This document shows positions 39,297-40,369 of a stretch of DNA of 40,369 nt, in pieces. This DNA is from Raillietiella orientalis (Eukaryota). The notes beneath the pieces are model-generated. The model made no database searches. It saw only the letters and a list, made by a program, of their open reading frames with translations, and was not told where the DNA came from. The stretch is taken from positions 4,278,001-4,318,369 of the forward strand of contig JAYWIR010000015.1 of NCBI GenBank assembly GCA_036172245.1, given 5' to 3'. The first letter of the stretch is position 1. Each line of letters begins with the position of its first letter. The translations under genes and the position numbers were made by a program.

Positions 39297-40369
39297 CTCG
39301 TGCCGACATGCCATTGTGGAAAATGAACTAACAGAGGTGGTGGAAGCAATGCCGCGAAGGATGTGCGCAGACTCGCCAGGTTCGCTGGTCCTTGGCAGAA
39401 TTGCAGAAGGACAAGCAAGAACGGGGAGAAAATGAAAAAGCAAATAGGAAGAAATGGGGGGAAGACGCTTGGAAGGGATCGCTGCCTGTTCCTCTGCATG
39501 TTTCCTAAGGTGCCGGCGGGGTGTTGCTGAACGCTTCCCACCTGGGACCATCTTAATGCTTTTCGTGGGAAGCAAATGGCCACGCGGAACGAATGGCGCG
39601 TCCGTGTCTCCCAGGCGTCGCTGCAGGCCGCCACCATCCGGCTCTAGCCGCAATGAGCTGCCAGGGACGCGGCTGGCGGTAGATGCATCACTTCCAAACG
39701 CTCCTGCAATTGTCCCCGGTTTCCCAAGGGTGGCCACAAAGTTTAACCACCAGGAAGCCTGAGAGCCACAGAATCCACATTCAGCTGCGGGCGGATCCGC
39801 GCTCTCCGTGCCGGCTCTAGTTGGGGCTCCCACACAACCCGGGTCCAGTGAAGTCGGAGGGGCTTTGAAGAGAAACAACCCCAGTGCAACAGCAGAATCG
39901 CCGAATACGAAACCAAAAAGGTAAGATGTAAGTGTTCTCAGGAGGACTGGGGAGCATCGGTAGTCTCTTTGGGGAATAGCCAAGAGCTCGCGGCTGCGAA
40001 GACGTAGGGCACTTGGTACCTGCGAGCTCGCTGTAGATCAACCACCCAAGTCTTTCTTCCTGGAGTTGAACTCTCACGAGACCTTCCACCTTCTTGGCAT
40101 GCTGCTGCCCAAGAAGCTCCCTCAGGCATCATTGCCGCGTGGGAGGTTCAATCCAGGCTCAGCTCCCTTGCCACGATGCACGACTGTTTCCTGGAGGCAG
40201 AAGTTGTTACAGAAGCAGTACAGCAGCCGCCGCCGTGACTCCGGGCCCGTCTGCTTGCTGTTCGCCCGCGTGCCCAGTTTCCTGCAAGCAAACGCTACCG
40301 TTCGCGGGGCGATCCTGCTGGAGGTGCAGCTGTTCTTCCTGGTCGGTGAGACGTGATGCGAAGTGCGCA

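Larger units (their letters stand above)
33170..40369 (+). repeat. Tandem segmental duplication, copy 2 (truncated by the window edge; equivalent to 24681-31441)
   Basis: Colinear with copy 1 to the last base (AAGTGCGCA, equivalent to 31433-31441). It carries extra homopolymer runs and an internal 320-bp duplication. Confidence 0.92.

Noticed and set aside
24213..40356. Dozens of overlapping 60-290 aa ORFs in all six frames
   Set aside because: Expected in GC-rich DNA with few stop codons. I kept only those with splice-phase or homology support.

Overview
Eukaryotic (invertebrate, probably arthropod) genomic DNA with two very different halves. The left half (about 1-20,100) is AT-rich and compact. 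It holds the first coding exon of a DEG/ENaC (pickpocket-like) channel gene, a complete 13-exon MCM4 (- strand), a complete 13-exon brahma/SMARCA2/4 (+), and a 3-exon DOHH (-) whose stop codon lies 35 nt from the brahma stop. Most introns are extremely short (38-53 nt, peaking at 41-44). After a transitional stretch with no recognisable genes (about 20,150-24,200), the right half is GC- and CpG-rich. It is an 8,489-bp tandem duplication (24,681-33,169, and 33,170 to the window end). Each unit carries a divergent, C-terminally truncated cyclase-associated protein (CAP/Srv2) N-terminal domain gene. This gene can be spliced in phase to a large upstream Lys/Glu/Arg-rich orphan exon. Between the two copies, CAP exons D and E differ by 7 synonymous and 5 non-synonymous changes, whereas all 15 substitutions counted in the charged exon are non-synonymous. 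Copy 2 also has homopolymer expansions and clustered indels that look like sequencing or assembly noise. All gene models were built by hand from GT-AG sites, phase consistency and remembered protein families; no database search was run.
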